DNA of 64,000 nucleotides from Mobula hypostoma (GCF_963921235.1 NC_086097.1:243786001-243850000), one strand, 5' to 3'. Counted from the stretch's first letter, positions 25,018 to 38,480 are shown. The notes: generated by a model not told the origin, from the sequence alone. Numbers and translations: made by a program.

Positions 25018-25308
25018 GCACGGTAGCGTAGTGGTTGGCACAACACTTTACAGTTCAGACGACCCCAGGTTCAATACCACTGCTGTTTGTAATAAGTTTG
25101 TATGTTCTCCCCTTGACTGCATGGGTTTCCCCAGGGTACTCTGGTTTCTTCCCACAGTCCAAAGACGTATCGGTTGGTAGGCTTTGATTATTCTAAATTG
25201 TCCCATGATTAGGCTTGGATTAAATTGGGAGATTGCTTGGTGGCATAGCTCAAAGGGCCAGAAGGGGCTATTCTACACTGTATCTCAATAAATAAACAAA
25301 TAAATAAA
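25018..25308 (+). mobile_element. HE1/V-SINE-like tRNA SINE
   Basis: A box TAGCGTAGTGG, B box GGTTCAATACC, V-domain-like tgggtttcc...tttcttcccacagtccaaagac, (TAAA)n tail. Confidence 0.75.
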
Positions 25309-25325
25309 CCTGCCTGCCTTTTTGT

Positions 25326-26910
25326 TCTATGGGCACCCACGCGGGTCCAAGCTATGCCTGCCTTTTTGTTGGCTTTTGTTGGAACAATCTATGTTCCATA
25401 CCTATTCTGGTATCTGTCCCTCACTTTTCCTTCGCTACATCGACGACTGCGTTGGCGCTGCTTCCTGCACGCATGCTAAGCTCGTTGACTTTATTAACTT
25501 TACCTCCAACTTTCGCCCTGCCCTCAAGTTTACCTGGTCCATTTCCGACACCTCCCTTCCCTTTCTAGATCTTTCTGTCTCTGTCTCTGGAGACAGCTTA
25601 TCTACTGATGTCTGATATAAGCCTACTGACTCTCACAGCTATCTGGACTATTCCTCTTCTCACCCTGTCTCTTGCAAAAATGCCATCCCCTTCTCGCAAT
25701 TCCTCCATCTCCACCGCATCTGCTCCCAGGATGAGGCTTTTCATTCCAGGACGAGGGAGATGTCTTTGAAAACAAAGAAAGGGGCTTCTCTTCCTCCACC
25801 ATCAACTCTGCTCTCAAACGCATCTCCCCTATATCACGCACATCTGCTCTCACTCCATCCTCCCGCCACCCCACTAGGAATAGGGTTCCCCTGGTCCTCA
25901 CCTACCACCTCACCAGCCTCCGGGTCCAACATCTTATTCTCCGTAACTTCCGCCACCTCCAACGGGATCCCACCACTAAGCATATCTTTCCCTCTCCCCC
26001 CTCTGCTTTCCGCAGGGATCGATCCCTACGCAACTCCCTTGTCCATTCGTCCCCCCAATCCCTCCCCACTGATCTCCCTCCTGGCACAGATCCTTGTAAG
26101 CAGAACAAGTGCTACACATGCCCTTACACTTCCTCCCTTACCACCATTCAGGGCCCCAGACAGTCCTTCCAGGTGAGGCGACACTTCACCTGTGAGTCGG
26201 CTGGGGTGATATACTGCGTCTGGTGTTCCCGATGTGGCCGTCTATATATTGGCGAGACCCGACGCAGACTGGGAGATCATTTTGCTGAACACCTACACTC
26301 TGTCCGCCAGAGAAAGCAGGATCTCCCAGTGCCCACACATTTTAATTCCACATCCCATTCCCATTCTGACATGTCTATCCACGGCCTCCTCTACTGTAAA
26401 GATGAAGCCACACTCAAGTTGGAGGAACAACACCTTATATTCCGTCTGGGTAGCCTCCAACCTGATGGTATGAACATTGACTTCTCTAACTTCCGTTAAT
26501 GCCCCACCTCCCCCTCATACCCCATCCGTTATTTATATACACACATTCTTTCTCTTGCTCTCCTTTTTCTACCTCTGTCCCTCTCACTATACCCCTTGCC
26601 CCTCCCCCTTTTCCTTCTCCCCGGACCTCCTGTCCCATGATCCTCTCATATCCCTTTTGCCAATCACCTGTCCAGCTCTTGGCTCCATCCCTCCCCCTCC
26701 TGTCTTCTCCTATCATTTTGGATTTCCCCCTACCCCTCCCACTTTTAAATCTCTTACTAGCTCTTCCTTCCGTTAGTCTTGACGAAGGGTCTCGGCCCGA
26801 AACGTCGACTGTACCTCTTCCTAGAGATGCTGCCTGGCCTGCTGCGTTCGCCAGAAACTTTGATGTGTGTTGCTTGAATTTCCAGCATCTGCTGAATTCC
26901 TCGTGTTTGC
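25326..26910 (+). mobile_element. Neptune PLE (second subfamily), 5'-truncated
   Basis: MGTHAGPSYACLFVG, FLRYIDD, CKQNKCYTC, VIYCVWCSRCGRLYIGETRRRLG (ORF 26173-26499), then pLTR. Confidence 0.92.
26775..26810 (+). ncRNA. Hammerhead motif with a C3-to-U core change
   Basis: AGTC-TTGACGA-A-GGG-TCTCGG-CCC-GAAA-C-GTC-GACT. Confidence 0.72.
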
Positions 26911-26939
26911 GAAATAAATAGATCTTCTTCCTAATGTGT

Positions 26940-27810
26940 CAAAGGGGGTGATGAATCAGCATGCAGGAGAGAGATTGAAAATTTGGCTGAATGGTGTAAT
27001 CAGAACAACCTCTCACACAATGTCAATAAGACCAAGGAACTGACTGTAGGCTTCAGGAGAGGGAAACCAGAGATCCACGAGCCAGTAATCATCAGAGGAT
27101 CAGAGGTGGAGAGGGTCAGTAACTTTAAATTCCTGGGTATCACTATCTCAGAGGACCTGTCCTGGACCCATCATATAAATATAATTGTAAAGAAAGCACA
27201 GTAGTGGCTCTACTTCCACAGGAGTCTGCAGAGATTTGGCATTGCATCAAAAACCTTGGCAAACTTCTATAGATGTGTGGTGGAAATGTGCTGACTGGCT
27301 GCATTTTGGTCTGGTATGGGAACACCAATCCCTTTGAGTGGAAAATCCTACAAAAGGTAGTGGATTCAGCCCAGAACATCACAGGCAAAACCCTCCCAAC
27401 TATTGAGCACATCTAAACAAATCAGTGTTGTCGAAAAGCAGCATCCATCATCAAAGATCCTCACCACCCAGGCCGTGCTCTTTCTCGCTTCTGCATCAGA
27501 TAGAAGGTGCAGGTGCCTCTGAACTTGCAACATCAGGTTCAACGACAATTATTACCCCTCAGCCATCAGGCTCTTAAACAAAAAGGATAACTGCACTCAT
27601 TTAAGGACTCTTTTGTCTTCTTATTTCATACTTGTTATTTATTGCTATTTATTTATATCTGAATTTGCACAGTTTGTTGTCTATTGATCCCGTTTACAGT
27701 TACTGTTCTATAGACTTGCCAAGTATGCCCATAGAAAAAGAACTTCAGGGTTGTATGTGGTGACATGTATGTACTCTGATGATCAATTTTTACTTTGAGC
27801 TTTGAACTTA
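26940..27810 (+). mobile_element. Rex1/Babar LINE 3' fragment
   Basis: WCNQNNLSHNVNKTKELTVGFR...FKFLGITISEDLSW; (ctttgaa)n-like tail. Confidence 0.85.
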
Positions 27811-28284
27811 ATGGTAGCAGTGATAAGAGAGCGTGGCCTAGATGATGGTGCTCCTAGATGATGGATGCTGCTTTCTTGTGGCAGCACTTAACGACTATAC
27901 TGTTGCAAACTGCAACTAAATTAGGGCGACTTTACCACAGGAATTGCATGTTGAATAAAAATGACAAAGAAAACTCATTAGAGAAGTTTTACCGCTCAGG
28001 CATTTGATTATCAACGGCAGTAGAAATAATGATCGCAAGCTGCATTTAATTATCACTTAACTAGTGCACAGAACGATGTGTTAAAGTCAACACGTTGGGA
28101 AAAATCGCAAGGCTCTAGTACTGGTAGTGACTTGTTTTTCCCTCTTCTGAAGTTGACAAAATATCTTTCAAAATTGCAGGAACAAAATACTGGTATCAGA
28201 ATTGTTAATGAACTTTCTTGGTATATTTGGGGTTCATTACTATTTATCTGGGGAGTGGCATTTTCAACTTCAAGCTTGCTACAA

Positions 28285-28920
28285 AGTTCAAAGTAAATTT
28301 GTTATCAAGGTATATATATGTCACTACTGAGATTCATTTTCTTGTGGGCATATTCAAAAAATTCATAGAATAATCCAGATCAATAAAAGACCAAACTAGC
28401 TTGGGTGTTACCAACTATGTGCAAAACCAACTAGTTTGTAAAAGACAACAAACTGTAAATACAAAACGAAAGAATAATAATGATTAAATAAGGAATAAAT
28501 ATTGAGAACATGAGACAGTGTTCTTGAAAGTGAGTACATAGGTTGTGGGAACATTTCAATGATGGGACAAGTGAAGCTATCCCCTTTGGTTCAGGAGCTT
28601 GATGGTTGAAGGGTAATAACTGTTCCTGAACCTGGTGGTGTGAGTCTTGAAACTCTTGTACTTTCTTCTTGATGGCAGTAATGAGAAGCGAGCATGTCTG
28701 GGGAGGTGGGAGGCCCTGATGATTAATCCTGCTTTCCTGCGACAACCTTTCAGGTAGATGTGCTTACTGGTGGGTGGGCTTTACCTGTGATGGACTGGGC
28801 CATATCCACTACATTTTGCAGGATTTTCCGTTCAAGGGCATTGGTGTTTCCATACCAAGCCGTGATGCTGCCAAACAATGTGCTCTCCACCACACATCTA
28901 TAGAAGTATGCAAAGTTTTA
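28285..28920 (-). mobile_element. Rex1/Babar 3' fragment
   Basis: Reverse complement similar to 27250-27810. Confidence 0.7.
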
Positions 28921-29214
28921 GAAACTGTTGTGAAAAAAGTAATTCATTTCATTTTATAGCTTGTAGAAAGTAATTTAAAAAATAGAGGTCAGCTTTGTTT
29001 GTCACATGCACATCAATAAATGTGTTGTCAACTGAGCAAGAAACCTATTTCAGGCCTGTACTGGGGTTGTTCTCATCATCACTATTAACTGGATTTTGAA
29101 AACTTGTACTCCTTCCTCAACCACATTTTATTTACTTGGCACAAGGAGAACAACATGGTCCCCATCACCCTCACTGTTCTGCAGTCATAACAGAAAAATG
29201 CTCCTTCCGGAACT

Positions 29215-29615
29215 GAAAAGTTCTCCTTCCAGTAAAAAAAATTCCCTCCCCCTCCCTCTTCTATTCCCCACTCTGGCCTCTTACCCCTTCTCACCTGCCT
29301 ATCACTTCTTCCTGGCTCCTCTCCTTCTTCCCTTCCTCCAATGGTCCACTCTCTTCCATCAGATTCCTTCTTCTCCAGCCCTTCATCTTTCCAACCCACC
29401 TGGCTTCACCTATCACCTTCTAGTTTGTTCTCCTTCCCTACCCCCACCTTTTCATTCTGGCATCTTGCCCCTTCCTTTCCAGTCCTGAAGAAGGGTTTCG
29501 GCCAGAAACAACGACTGTTCATTAATTTCCATAGATGCTGCCTGACCTGCTGAGTTCCTCCAGCATTTTGTGCACGTTGCTCTGAATTTCCAGCATCTGC
29601 AGACTTTCTGTATTC
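29215..29615 (+). repeat. Solo PLE pLTR with hammerhead motif at 29480-29517; further solo pLTR pieces at ~29740-29972, 51482-51745, 20724-20814(-), 23415-23528, 45632-45745(-), 59470-59652 and 63198-63308
   Basis: CAGTC-CTGAAGA-AGGG-TTTCGG-CCA-GAAA-CAAC-GACTG followed by gatgctgcctgacctgctgagttcctccagca. Confidence 0.8.
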
Positions 29616-30809
29616 TTAGAAGAGTGTCTTCTTTAACACTCAGAATTGACTATCAGTTATGAATATTGACCGTTTGGTAAACTGTGTATGCTTGAGTTCC
29701 TTACTTGCAAAATTAATCCCAGCTTCATACTTCATCCCCCCCCCCTTCCCCCCACCCACTCACCTTCCTCCTCACCTGGTCTGACCATTCACCACCCCCT
29801 ACCTTCTTATTCTGGCATCTTCCCCAGTCCATTCCAGGCCTGATGAAGGGTCTCGGCCCAAAGTGCAACTGTTTACTCCTCACCCTAGGATGCTGCCTGA
29901 GCTACTGGGATCCCCCAGTATTTTGTGGGTGTTGCCCAAGACTTCCAACGTCTGCAGAATCGCTTGTGTTTGCTATCCATGAATCAATCTAATACAATGC
30001 AGGACGGAAGCTCTGGTATTCGATAGCATCTTATACAATTCAACCATTTTGCAAGATGGCGCTGGCAATATACAGCGATGTTGTGTGAACGAGTCACACA
30101 ATTACTAACTAAATATACTACTCAATATATTTCTTCTAGACCACAATCACTGCAATCTGCAGCCTGTAATTTCACTTTGTATGTGTGCTATTGAACCATC
30201 TGAATGATCTGTCACTTTTTGCAATCTCCTGAAGGGTTCGGCGAATCGGAACCTTGAGAACGCAGGGACGGCCGTGGCACCATTGTTGGATTGCTGGATT
30301 GACGTGTTGGGGCCTGGGTCTGAGAGTGAAAAATGAACCGATGTTTAGCCAGTTTAGGTGCCAAACTAGATTAAAGTGTCGAGGCTGATTGTGGAGGACG
30401 AACTGGTGCTCAAATCTCTTCTCCTTTTCAGCCGTGCTTCCCCACCTGAGCCCGTCCGATCTGCCTGCATTTGACCCGTCTCCCCCTCTTCTCGCTGCTG
30501 CCATCGGGCAGGAGGTGCAGGGGCCTTCGGTCCCTCACTCTCCAGGTGTGGGAGTAGTTGTTGCCCTACAGCTGTTGGGCTCCTGCATTGTCTTCACCCA
30601 CGTCAGCGCTGAATGGACTCCATAGCTGTGGCCTGCAGCCACTGGGCCCCCGGACGGCTTTAGCTCGCCTCAGCGCCGAACTGGCTCCCTGGCTGTGGCC
30701 ACACATTCGGGGACTCTGTGGTTCATGTTCTGTGTGTTATTTGTCTTCATCTTTTATTGTTTGCACAAATTGTTCTTTTTTCACACATTTCACCGCTGCT
30801 TTTTACGAT

Positions 30810-33800
30810 GTATGTCAGTGATTTGGACTACAGTATTAATGGATTTGTGGCTAAATTTGCCGATGATACAAAGATAGGTGGAGAAGCAGGTAATGTTGAG
30901 GAAACACTGCAGAGACTTAGATAGCTTAGGTGAATGGGCAAAGAAGTGGCAAGTGAAATGTCTGTCTGTCTGTCTAGGTACCATATCCGATGCGGACGTT
31001 GGTGACCATGGTTTTCTATACAGATCTATCCCTCGTTCTTTGGATGACTTCCATTTCCTCGATGTGTAGCCACCTGGCTAGGCTTTTGATGTACATAAGC
31101 CGAGGTCTTCCTCTAGGTTTGCTCCCCTCAATCCTTCCAGAGAGTATGAGTTTTTCTAGTTCATCTTTCCGCATGATGTGTCCTAGGAATCTGAGTTGTC
31201 TTTCTCTTATTGTTGGTATGAGTGATGGAACTGCTTGGGCTCTTCTGAGAATTTCTTCATTTGATGTGTGTGTGGTCCATGATATTTTTAACATTCTCCT
31301 GTAGAACCATAATTCAGCTGCTTCTAGTCTCTTTTCCATTGCTGGAGAAATGGTCCAGCATTCACTTCCTTAAGTCAGGATAGAATAAATGTAGCACTGC
31401 AGTATTCTGTTTTTAGTGTACGTGCTCATCTTTCTGTCTGTCAATATGGTCTTCATTATTTGGAAAGCTTCTTTCGCCATTGCTATTCTGTATTTGATAT
31501 CTGTGTCGCACCTGCCATCACTTTGTTATTAGACTGCCAAGATATCTGAATTTGTCGACTTGTTTGATGTTTGTATTTCCGATCTTGATCACACATTGTG
31601 GGATGTTTGTCTTTCTGGAGATGACCATGCTTTCTGTCTTGGTGTTGATTGAGAGGCCTCTGCGATTACTTTCTGCTGACACTATAGTGAGTAGCTCTTG
31701 AAGTTTTGTTTGAGTCAGCTATTAGTACGATGTCATCAACATATCTGATGTTATTTATATGATGTCCTCTAATTGTGAATCCTTTGATGTCTTTGATACT
31801 TCTCAAGATATTTTCACTATACAGGTTGAATAAGTCTGGCGAAAACACAACTTTGCCTGCCTCCTCTCATGATATTCACATACTCACTCACTTCTCCTTC
31901 TATTCTGATGGATGCTGTCTGGTCCCAGTATAAGTTTCTTAAGAAACGTATATTTTTCCCATCTATGTCAAGATCTTGAAGCATTTCCAGAAGATCTTGC
32001 TGTCTGACAGTGTCAAAAGCTTTTGTATAGTCGATGAAACATAGGTAGATGTCTTTTTGTAGCTGGATGGCTCAATAAAGCCTCCCGGGATCAATAAAGT
32101 ATGACTATTCACAGATCATCCGGAGCATGAAAATTGCATTTCGGGTTCCAGTGTTTTCCACAAAGCCACATTGTTCTTTACTGATTTCTGGTTTTATACA
32201 GCATCTTGCTCTCATCATGATTACTCTGAGAATAATTTTTGCCACGTGGCTCATCAGGCTTATTGTACGATGTAACTCACATTCTGTTGCTCCCTCTTTC
32301 TTTGGAAGTGTGATGAACACTGATGTAAAATCATCAGATATCTCCCCATGATCACAGAATTCATTTGCTGTTTCTGTTATTTTCTCTATTCCAAAATCTT
32401 CTAAGGCCAGTATCATTTCAACAGCAATATTGCCTGGACCAGTTGCTCTGTTATGTTTTGTTTTATTGATGGCTGCTCAAATTTCTGATTTTAGAAAGCT
32501 AGGTCCTTCAAGATTATGTTTGGTTTTTCTCCTCTTTGGTCTTCAAAAAGTTCTTTTATATATTCTGTCTATCTGTTTAGGATTTCCTCTTTGTTCATAA
32601 TTAAGCTGCCGTCTTTTGCCTTGATGCATCCACTTGCTGAGCAAGGTAATTTCCCTGTTAGTTCTTTAATCTTACTGTGCAACAACTTTGTTCCGGAGTT
32701 ATGGGTTTGTAGTATTTCTATCTCTGAGCATTTCTTATTTAGCCACCTGTCTTTAGCTTCTCTGCATTTTCTTTTTATTGTCTTAGCAAGTTGTTTGTAT
32801 TCTTCACTGTCTCTTGGTTTGATGATCTGTTTTTGTGGCATCAATTGTATTATATCTTCAATTATCCATTTCTTCTTACTTTTCCATTCTTTTCGTGGGA
32901 TAGTTTCTTTTGCACCTTCAACCATGGATTCCTTCAGTATGTCCCAGGAAGATTTGTCTCCTTCATCCTGCAGCAATTGAAAACGGTTTTTCACCTCATT
33001 TGTGTATTCTGTTTTCAGGTGAGGGTTGTTTTGTAGTTATTGATAATCCAGTGGTTCTGATCTTTTTGGTTTCTTTAATTTTCTCATCTTTATTTTCATT
33101 TTGCAAATGACTGGAATGTGGTCGTTTCCACAGTCTGCTCCAGGGTAGCTTTTAGATTGAGTTATTGAGGTTTGGAATCTGTTATTGATTGTTATGTAGT
33201 CGATTTGATTTTTGTTGTTCCCATCTGGGGTCTGGGCTTCTCCATGTCCATTTCCTTCTTGGATGGTGTTTAAACCAAGTGCTGGTGATTATCTGACTGT
33301 TTGTTTTACACCAAGCTTTTCTCCTCTTTCATTTCTTTCTCTCAATCCCTGGTCTTCATCAATATGGTCTTCTCTTCACTCACCAACATTTGCATTGAAG
33401 TTGCCCATGACTATGATGGCTTCTTGTGATTTGTATTCTTCTATTACTTTGTCTAGGGAGTGGTAGAAGGCATCAATTTCTTCCTCTGAGCTTCCCATTG
33501 TGGGTGCATATACTTGGTTGATAGAGATGTTGCTTTGTTGTCCTTTTAGTTTGATCAGCATCATTCTGTCTGAGATATGCCAGTATCCTAGCAGGCTCTT
33601 GGATGTTCCTTTGTCTAAGATGATTGCAACACCCTTTTCATGTTTATCTCCACCAGAGTATATCATCTTGTAGTTGTCTGATTGGAATACTCCAGTTCCC
33701 TTCCATCTTATTTCACTTAGGCCTAGGATGCTGACTGCTAGCCTTCTCATTTCTAATTTTACGTTTTCTAGCTTACCAGCTTGGTGCAGCGTTCAAACAT

Positions 33801-35100
33801 TCCAAGTGGCAATTCGCAGTCTCTTGTACTTGCAGACAGTAGTGGTATGATGATCCGGGCTCACCTGTCTGTTTACATGATATCCCATACCAAGCGAGGT
33901 GACCGCACTATTTGGAAGTGGGCTCCCATTTACGCTGTTGTCTTTTACATTTGTACTAGGGATAAAATACAAAAAGTAGCTTCCCTTTGCTTGCTTCCGA
34001 TGCAGTGTCTTTCCAAGAAGGGTGACCCTGACCATTGTCCTATTAAAAGGATCTACTCCTCAGCGTCTGAGAAGCAAGAACCATCAATTGTGTAACTCAC
34101 AACTTGCCTTCTGCTTCATTCACCACCTGCATTCCATGGCTTCACTGTAACCCAAGTAGGGAGGCTAACAGGTGCTACACCCTGCCTAAGGGTGACCTGG
34201 AGGTAGCTGTGGTTAAAGGTAACCTCATTATCCAAAGCAAATGCTCCACAGCCAGATGTAGTTTATCCTCATACCCAGGAGGAGGCAAATGAAATACTAT
34301 GTTGGGAAATGTATGCTCATGCACTTTGGTGGAAGAAATAAACGGGCAGACTATTATGTAGATGGGGAGAGAATTCAAAATGCAGAAATGCAAAGGGATG
34401 GTCCTTGTGCAAGATACCCTGAAGGTTAGCGTTCAGGTTGAGTTGGTTGTGAAGAAGGAGAATGCAATGTTGGCATTCATTTGTAGAAGTATAGAATATA
34501 AGAGCAGGGAATTGATGTTGAACTCTATAAGGCAATTGTGAGACCACACTTGAAGTATTGTGTGCAGCTTTGGGCTCCTTATTTTAGAAAGGATATACTG
34601 ACATTGGAGAGGGTTCAGAGAAGATTCACGAGAATGATTCCAGGAATGAAAGGGTTACTGTGTGAGGAACGTCTGGCTATATTCCCTGGATTTCAGGAGA
34701 ATTGGGGGGGGGGGGATCTCATTGAAACATTCCAAATGTTAAAAGACCTGAACAGATTAGATATGGCCAAGTTATTTCCCATGGTAGGGGAGTCTAGGAC
34801 AAGAGGGCACGACTTCAGGATTGAAGTACGTCCTTTTGGAACAGAGATGCGGAGAAATTACTTAAGTCAGAGGGCAGTAAATCTGTGGAATTTGTTGCCA
34901 TGAGTGGCTGTGGAGGCCACGTCATTGGGTGTATTTAAGGCAGAGATAAATAGGTTCTTGATTAGCCAGGGCATCAAAGGGTATGGGGTGAAAGCAGGGG
35001 AGTGGGGATGACTGGAAGAATTGGATCAGCCCATGATTGAATGGCGGAGCAGACTCGATGGGCTGACTGGCCCACTTCTGGTCCTATATCTTATAGTCTT
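30810..35100 (+). mobile_element. CR1 split by the RTE insertion (parts 30810-30959 and 34284-35100)
   Basis: AKFADDTKIGG...GEWAKKWQ, resuming with RPHLKYCVQLWAPY (ORF 34538-34903). Confidence 0.88.
30960..34283 (-). mobile_element. Full-length (~3.3 kb) decayed RTE-clade LINE with a 12-bp TSD
   Basis: APE motifs (RIATWNV, LGLSEIRWKG, QVYAPT, GNFNA), RT (HRTISLMSH, SPDLFNLY, IRYVDD), RTE C-terminus (EGSKPRGRPR), (GACA)n tail; TSD GGCAA(G/A)TGAAAT at 30948-30959 and 34284-34295. Confidence 0.92.
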
Positions 35101-35577
35101 ATTTCACACATCTATGGTGTTTGAATTTTTCATAGATTCTATTGTGTTTCTGTGTTTTGTGGCTGCCTGCAAAAATCTCAGAGGTTTCAAAGATTTCAAA
35201 GGTACATTTAATGTCAGAGAAATGTATACAATATACATCCTGAAATGCTTTTTCTTCACAATCATCCCCAAAAACAGAGGAGTGCCCCCAAAGAACGAAT
35301 GACAGTTAAATGTTAGAACCCCAAAGCCCCCCCAGCTCCCCTCCCTTCCGTGCGTAAGCGGCAGCAAGCAACAATCCCCCCTCCCCCCACCAGCAAATAA
35401 AAGCATCAGCTCCGCCACCAGGCACTCAAGCATGAGCAAGGCAACAGCAAAGACATAGACTTGCAGTTACCCCAAAGACTACATTGTTCACCCGGCATTC
35501 GACATACCACAGGCTCTCTCTCCCTAATAAGGGAGAAAGGTGTTGCTGTTTCACAGCAAGAAGGGAGACATAACAAA

Positions 35578-36697
35578 CAACTTATAAAAGTTGCTGGTGA
35601 ACGCAGCAGGCCAGGCAGCATCTCTAGGAAAAGGTACAGTCGACGTTTCGGGCCGAGACCCTTCGTCAGGACTAACTGAAGGAAGAGCTAGTAAGAGATT
35701 TGAAATTGGGAGGGGGAGGGGGGTGATCCAAAATGATAGGAGAAGACAGGAGAGGGAGGGATGGAGCCAAGAGCTGGACAGGTGATTGGCAAAAGGGATA
35801 TGAGAGGATCATGGGACAGGAGGCCTAGGGAGAAAGAAAAGGGGGAGGGGGTAAAAACCCGGAGGATGGGCAAGGGGTATAGTGAGAGGGACAGAGGGAG
35901 GAAAAGGAGAGAGAGAAAAAGAATGTGTGTATATAAATAAATATCGGATGGAGTACGAGGGGGAGGTGGGACATTAGCGGAAGTTAGAGAAGTCAATGTT
36001 CATGCCATCAGGTTGGAGGCTACCCAGACGGAATATAAGGTGTTGTTCCTCCAACCTGAGTGTGGTTTCATCTTTACAGTAGAGGAGGCTGTGGATAGGC
36101 ATATCAGAATGGGAATGGGACGTGGAATTAAAATGTGTGGCGACTGGGAGATCCTGCTTTCTCTGGCAGACAGAGCATAGGTGTTCAGCAAAACAATCTC
36201 CCAGTCTGCGTCGGGTCTCGCCAATATATAGAAGGCCACATCGGGAGCACCAGATGCAGTATATCACCCCAGCCGACTCACAGGTGAAGTGTCGCCTCAC
36301 CTGGAAGGACTGTCTGGGGCCCTGAATGGTGGTAAGGGAGGAAGTGTAAGGGCATGTGTAGCACTTGTTCCGCTTACACGGATAAGTGCCAGGAGGCAGA
36401 TCAGTGGGGAGGGATGGGAGGGACAAATGGGCAAGGGAGTCGCGTAGGGACCCAGCCCTGCAGAAAGCAGAGAGGGGGGAGGGAAAGATGTGCCCTGCGG
36501 AAAACGGGGGGGTGGGGGGGAGGGAATCCCCACCGATCTCCCTCCTGGCACTTATCCTTGTAATCGCTCCCTATGCGACTTCCTTGTCCATTCGTTCCCC
36601 CCCCCATCCCTCCCCACCTATCTCCCTCCTGGCACTTATCCTTGTAAGCGGAACAAGTGCTACACATGCCCTTACACTTCCTCCCTCACCACCATAT
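35578..36697 (-). mobile_element. Neptune PLE 3' part with inverted, duplicated 5' pieces
   Basis: ORF 35974-36426 (PCKRNKCYTC...IYCIWCSRCGLLYIGET); pLTR 35578-35975; plus-strand linker copies at 36525-36697. Confidence 0.9.
35638..35673 (-). ncRNA. Minimal hammerhead ribozyme, intact core with GUC
   Basis: Minus strand: AGTC-CTGACGA-A-GGG-TCTCGG-CCC-GAAA-C-GTC-GACT. Confidence 0.82.
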
Positions 36698-37889
36698 CAC
36701 TGGCATATGTTGTGAAATTTGTTGTTTTGCAGCAGTGGAACATTGCAACAGACACGAACCTGTGGTCAGCTCCATTACTCCGCCCCAACTAAAGCATTGA
36801 GCCAGGTTAAAACTGGCGTGGACGTAAGTGGGAAATGAACGGGTGCTCAGCGCTGTCTGCCTGCGTTTGACCTTTCTCATCTTGCTGTTGCTGGCAGAAA
36901 GATGCAGAGGTCTTGGGTCACACGCCACAAGGCTCGAACGTATCGGCAGCTCATGACCATGGACTCACTGTCAGGGGACTCTTCAGTCTGATGATATTTA
37001 GTGTTCTGTGTGTTATGTGCTCACTTTTTGTTTGTTTGTTAGCTGTTTTTTTCTTCTTTCCACATGTTGGGTGTTTGATGGTCTTTGTTGTGTGAGGTTA
37101 TTCTTTAGACGAGTTCTATGTTGTTTCTTTGTCTCGTGGCTGCCTGCGGGAAGGCACATCTCAGAGTTGTACTGTATCCTTTGATAATAAACGTGTTTTG
37201 AAACTTAGAACCTCTGAAACCATGTTTTAAGACAGCGCTGTGCGGAAGAGCACCTCTGAATGCACAACTCGAACCTTGAAGTGGATGGGTTGCAGCTGCA
37301 GAATTGCACAGATAGACATTCCTCGGAGGCCTCCGTTGGTCAGAGTTTACCATGGATATTGTGTCCCAGCTGTCTAGGTAGGCAGCCTAGGCAGCAGGAT
37401 AGGGAGAGCGAGCTGTTACCCGTGTAGCAAGCTCCCCCTCTCCACTCAGCTGATGAACCCCAAGGAACAGCAGGCATGGTTTGGTACCGGAAGCGTCGCA
37501 GGAGTTGCCAGTCAGCATTGAACTCAATTTCGGACTGTTTAGGGGCTCCAGATCGGGATTTTTCCCTCAGGGTTTACTCCCAAAGCCTTCCCATAAGTGG
37601 GAATAGCCGCAAGGCAGTGGAGGTTTGAGATCAGAGTTTACCTTCTTCTAGATGAGCTGCCAACCACGGCTGACGAGCACCATCTGCCTGAAGTGACTGG
37701 TTTTAAGGTGCTGGTAACCCACCTTTGTCCCTTCTCCTGTCAGTTTAAACAGTCCCGCCAGGCTTATTAGCTAAGCCACACGTGGAGACCCGAAGCCGGA
37801 CTTGGTTGTCAGAGGCTATTTGAAGTGCACGCCATTGGGAGCATTTAGTAGGTAGTGGGAGCTTGTCCCCGTTACTATACTTGACTATA

Positions 37890-38480
37890 ACAATCTTAGT
37901 GACCTTCTTCGGTTGTCCATCGAAATCCGATGACAACGTCCACTCCTTTAACGGTGAGATCTTTGATGACTATACAGTCCTATCCTGGACCCACAAGCTC
38001 TATTGCAGGTGGGACAGTATATGTGGTAGTGGTGGCAACCATGGCTGCATTTCTCCTGGCTCTCTTCTGCTGTCTTCTGGTTGTTCTTTCCATCTCGAGA
38101 ACACGAACCCCGTCCCTACACAGCTCTCGCCAAGTGGTACGGTCAACAGCAACATCCTCCAGGTCCTCGGGTCTGATCTTGCTCTTCCTTAAAGCATTCT
38201 TCATCTGATCCTTATAGCGCTTCTTCGGCCCTCCAGCTGAGCGTTGACCATGATGTAGCTGGCCGTATAACACTCTGCGGGGTAGCCAACATGGGGGCAT
38301 CCTTATCACGTGCCCCAGCCACTGCAGCTGACGCTGGGTGATCATGGCCTCAATACTCCTGCAGTTGGTCTTTACAAGTATTTCAGTGTGAGGCACCCAC
38401 TTACGCCAGGTAATTCGCAGGATGTGGTGAAGGTAGCTTATGTGGAAGCGCTCCAAGGACTTGATGTGACGGCTGTAGGT
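37890..38480 (-). mobile_element. RTE-clade LINE 3' fragment (family distinct from 30960-34283)
   Basis: ORF 37980-38456: QLQWLGHVIRMPP..LPRRVLYGQLHHGQRSAGGPKKRYKD. Confidence 0.85.

Noticed and set aside
25018..25085. tRNA gene
   Set aside because: The A/B boxes belong to a SINE head that continues into a V-like core and tail; no intact cloverleaf.
29050..29215. Possible exon or ORFs 29085-29399 and 29096-29488
   Set aside because: Most of the length is low-complexity pLTR sequence; no identifiable product and no convincing donor site.
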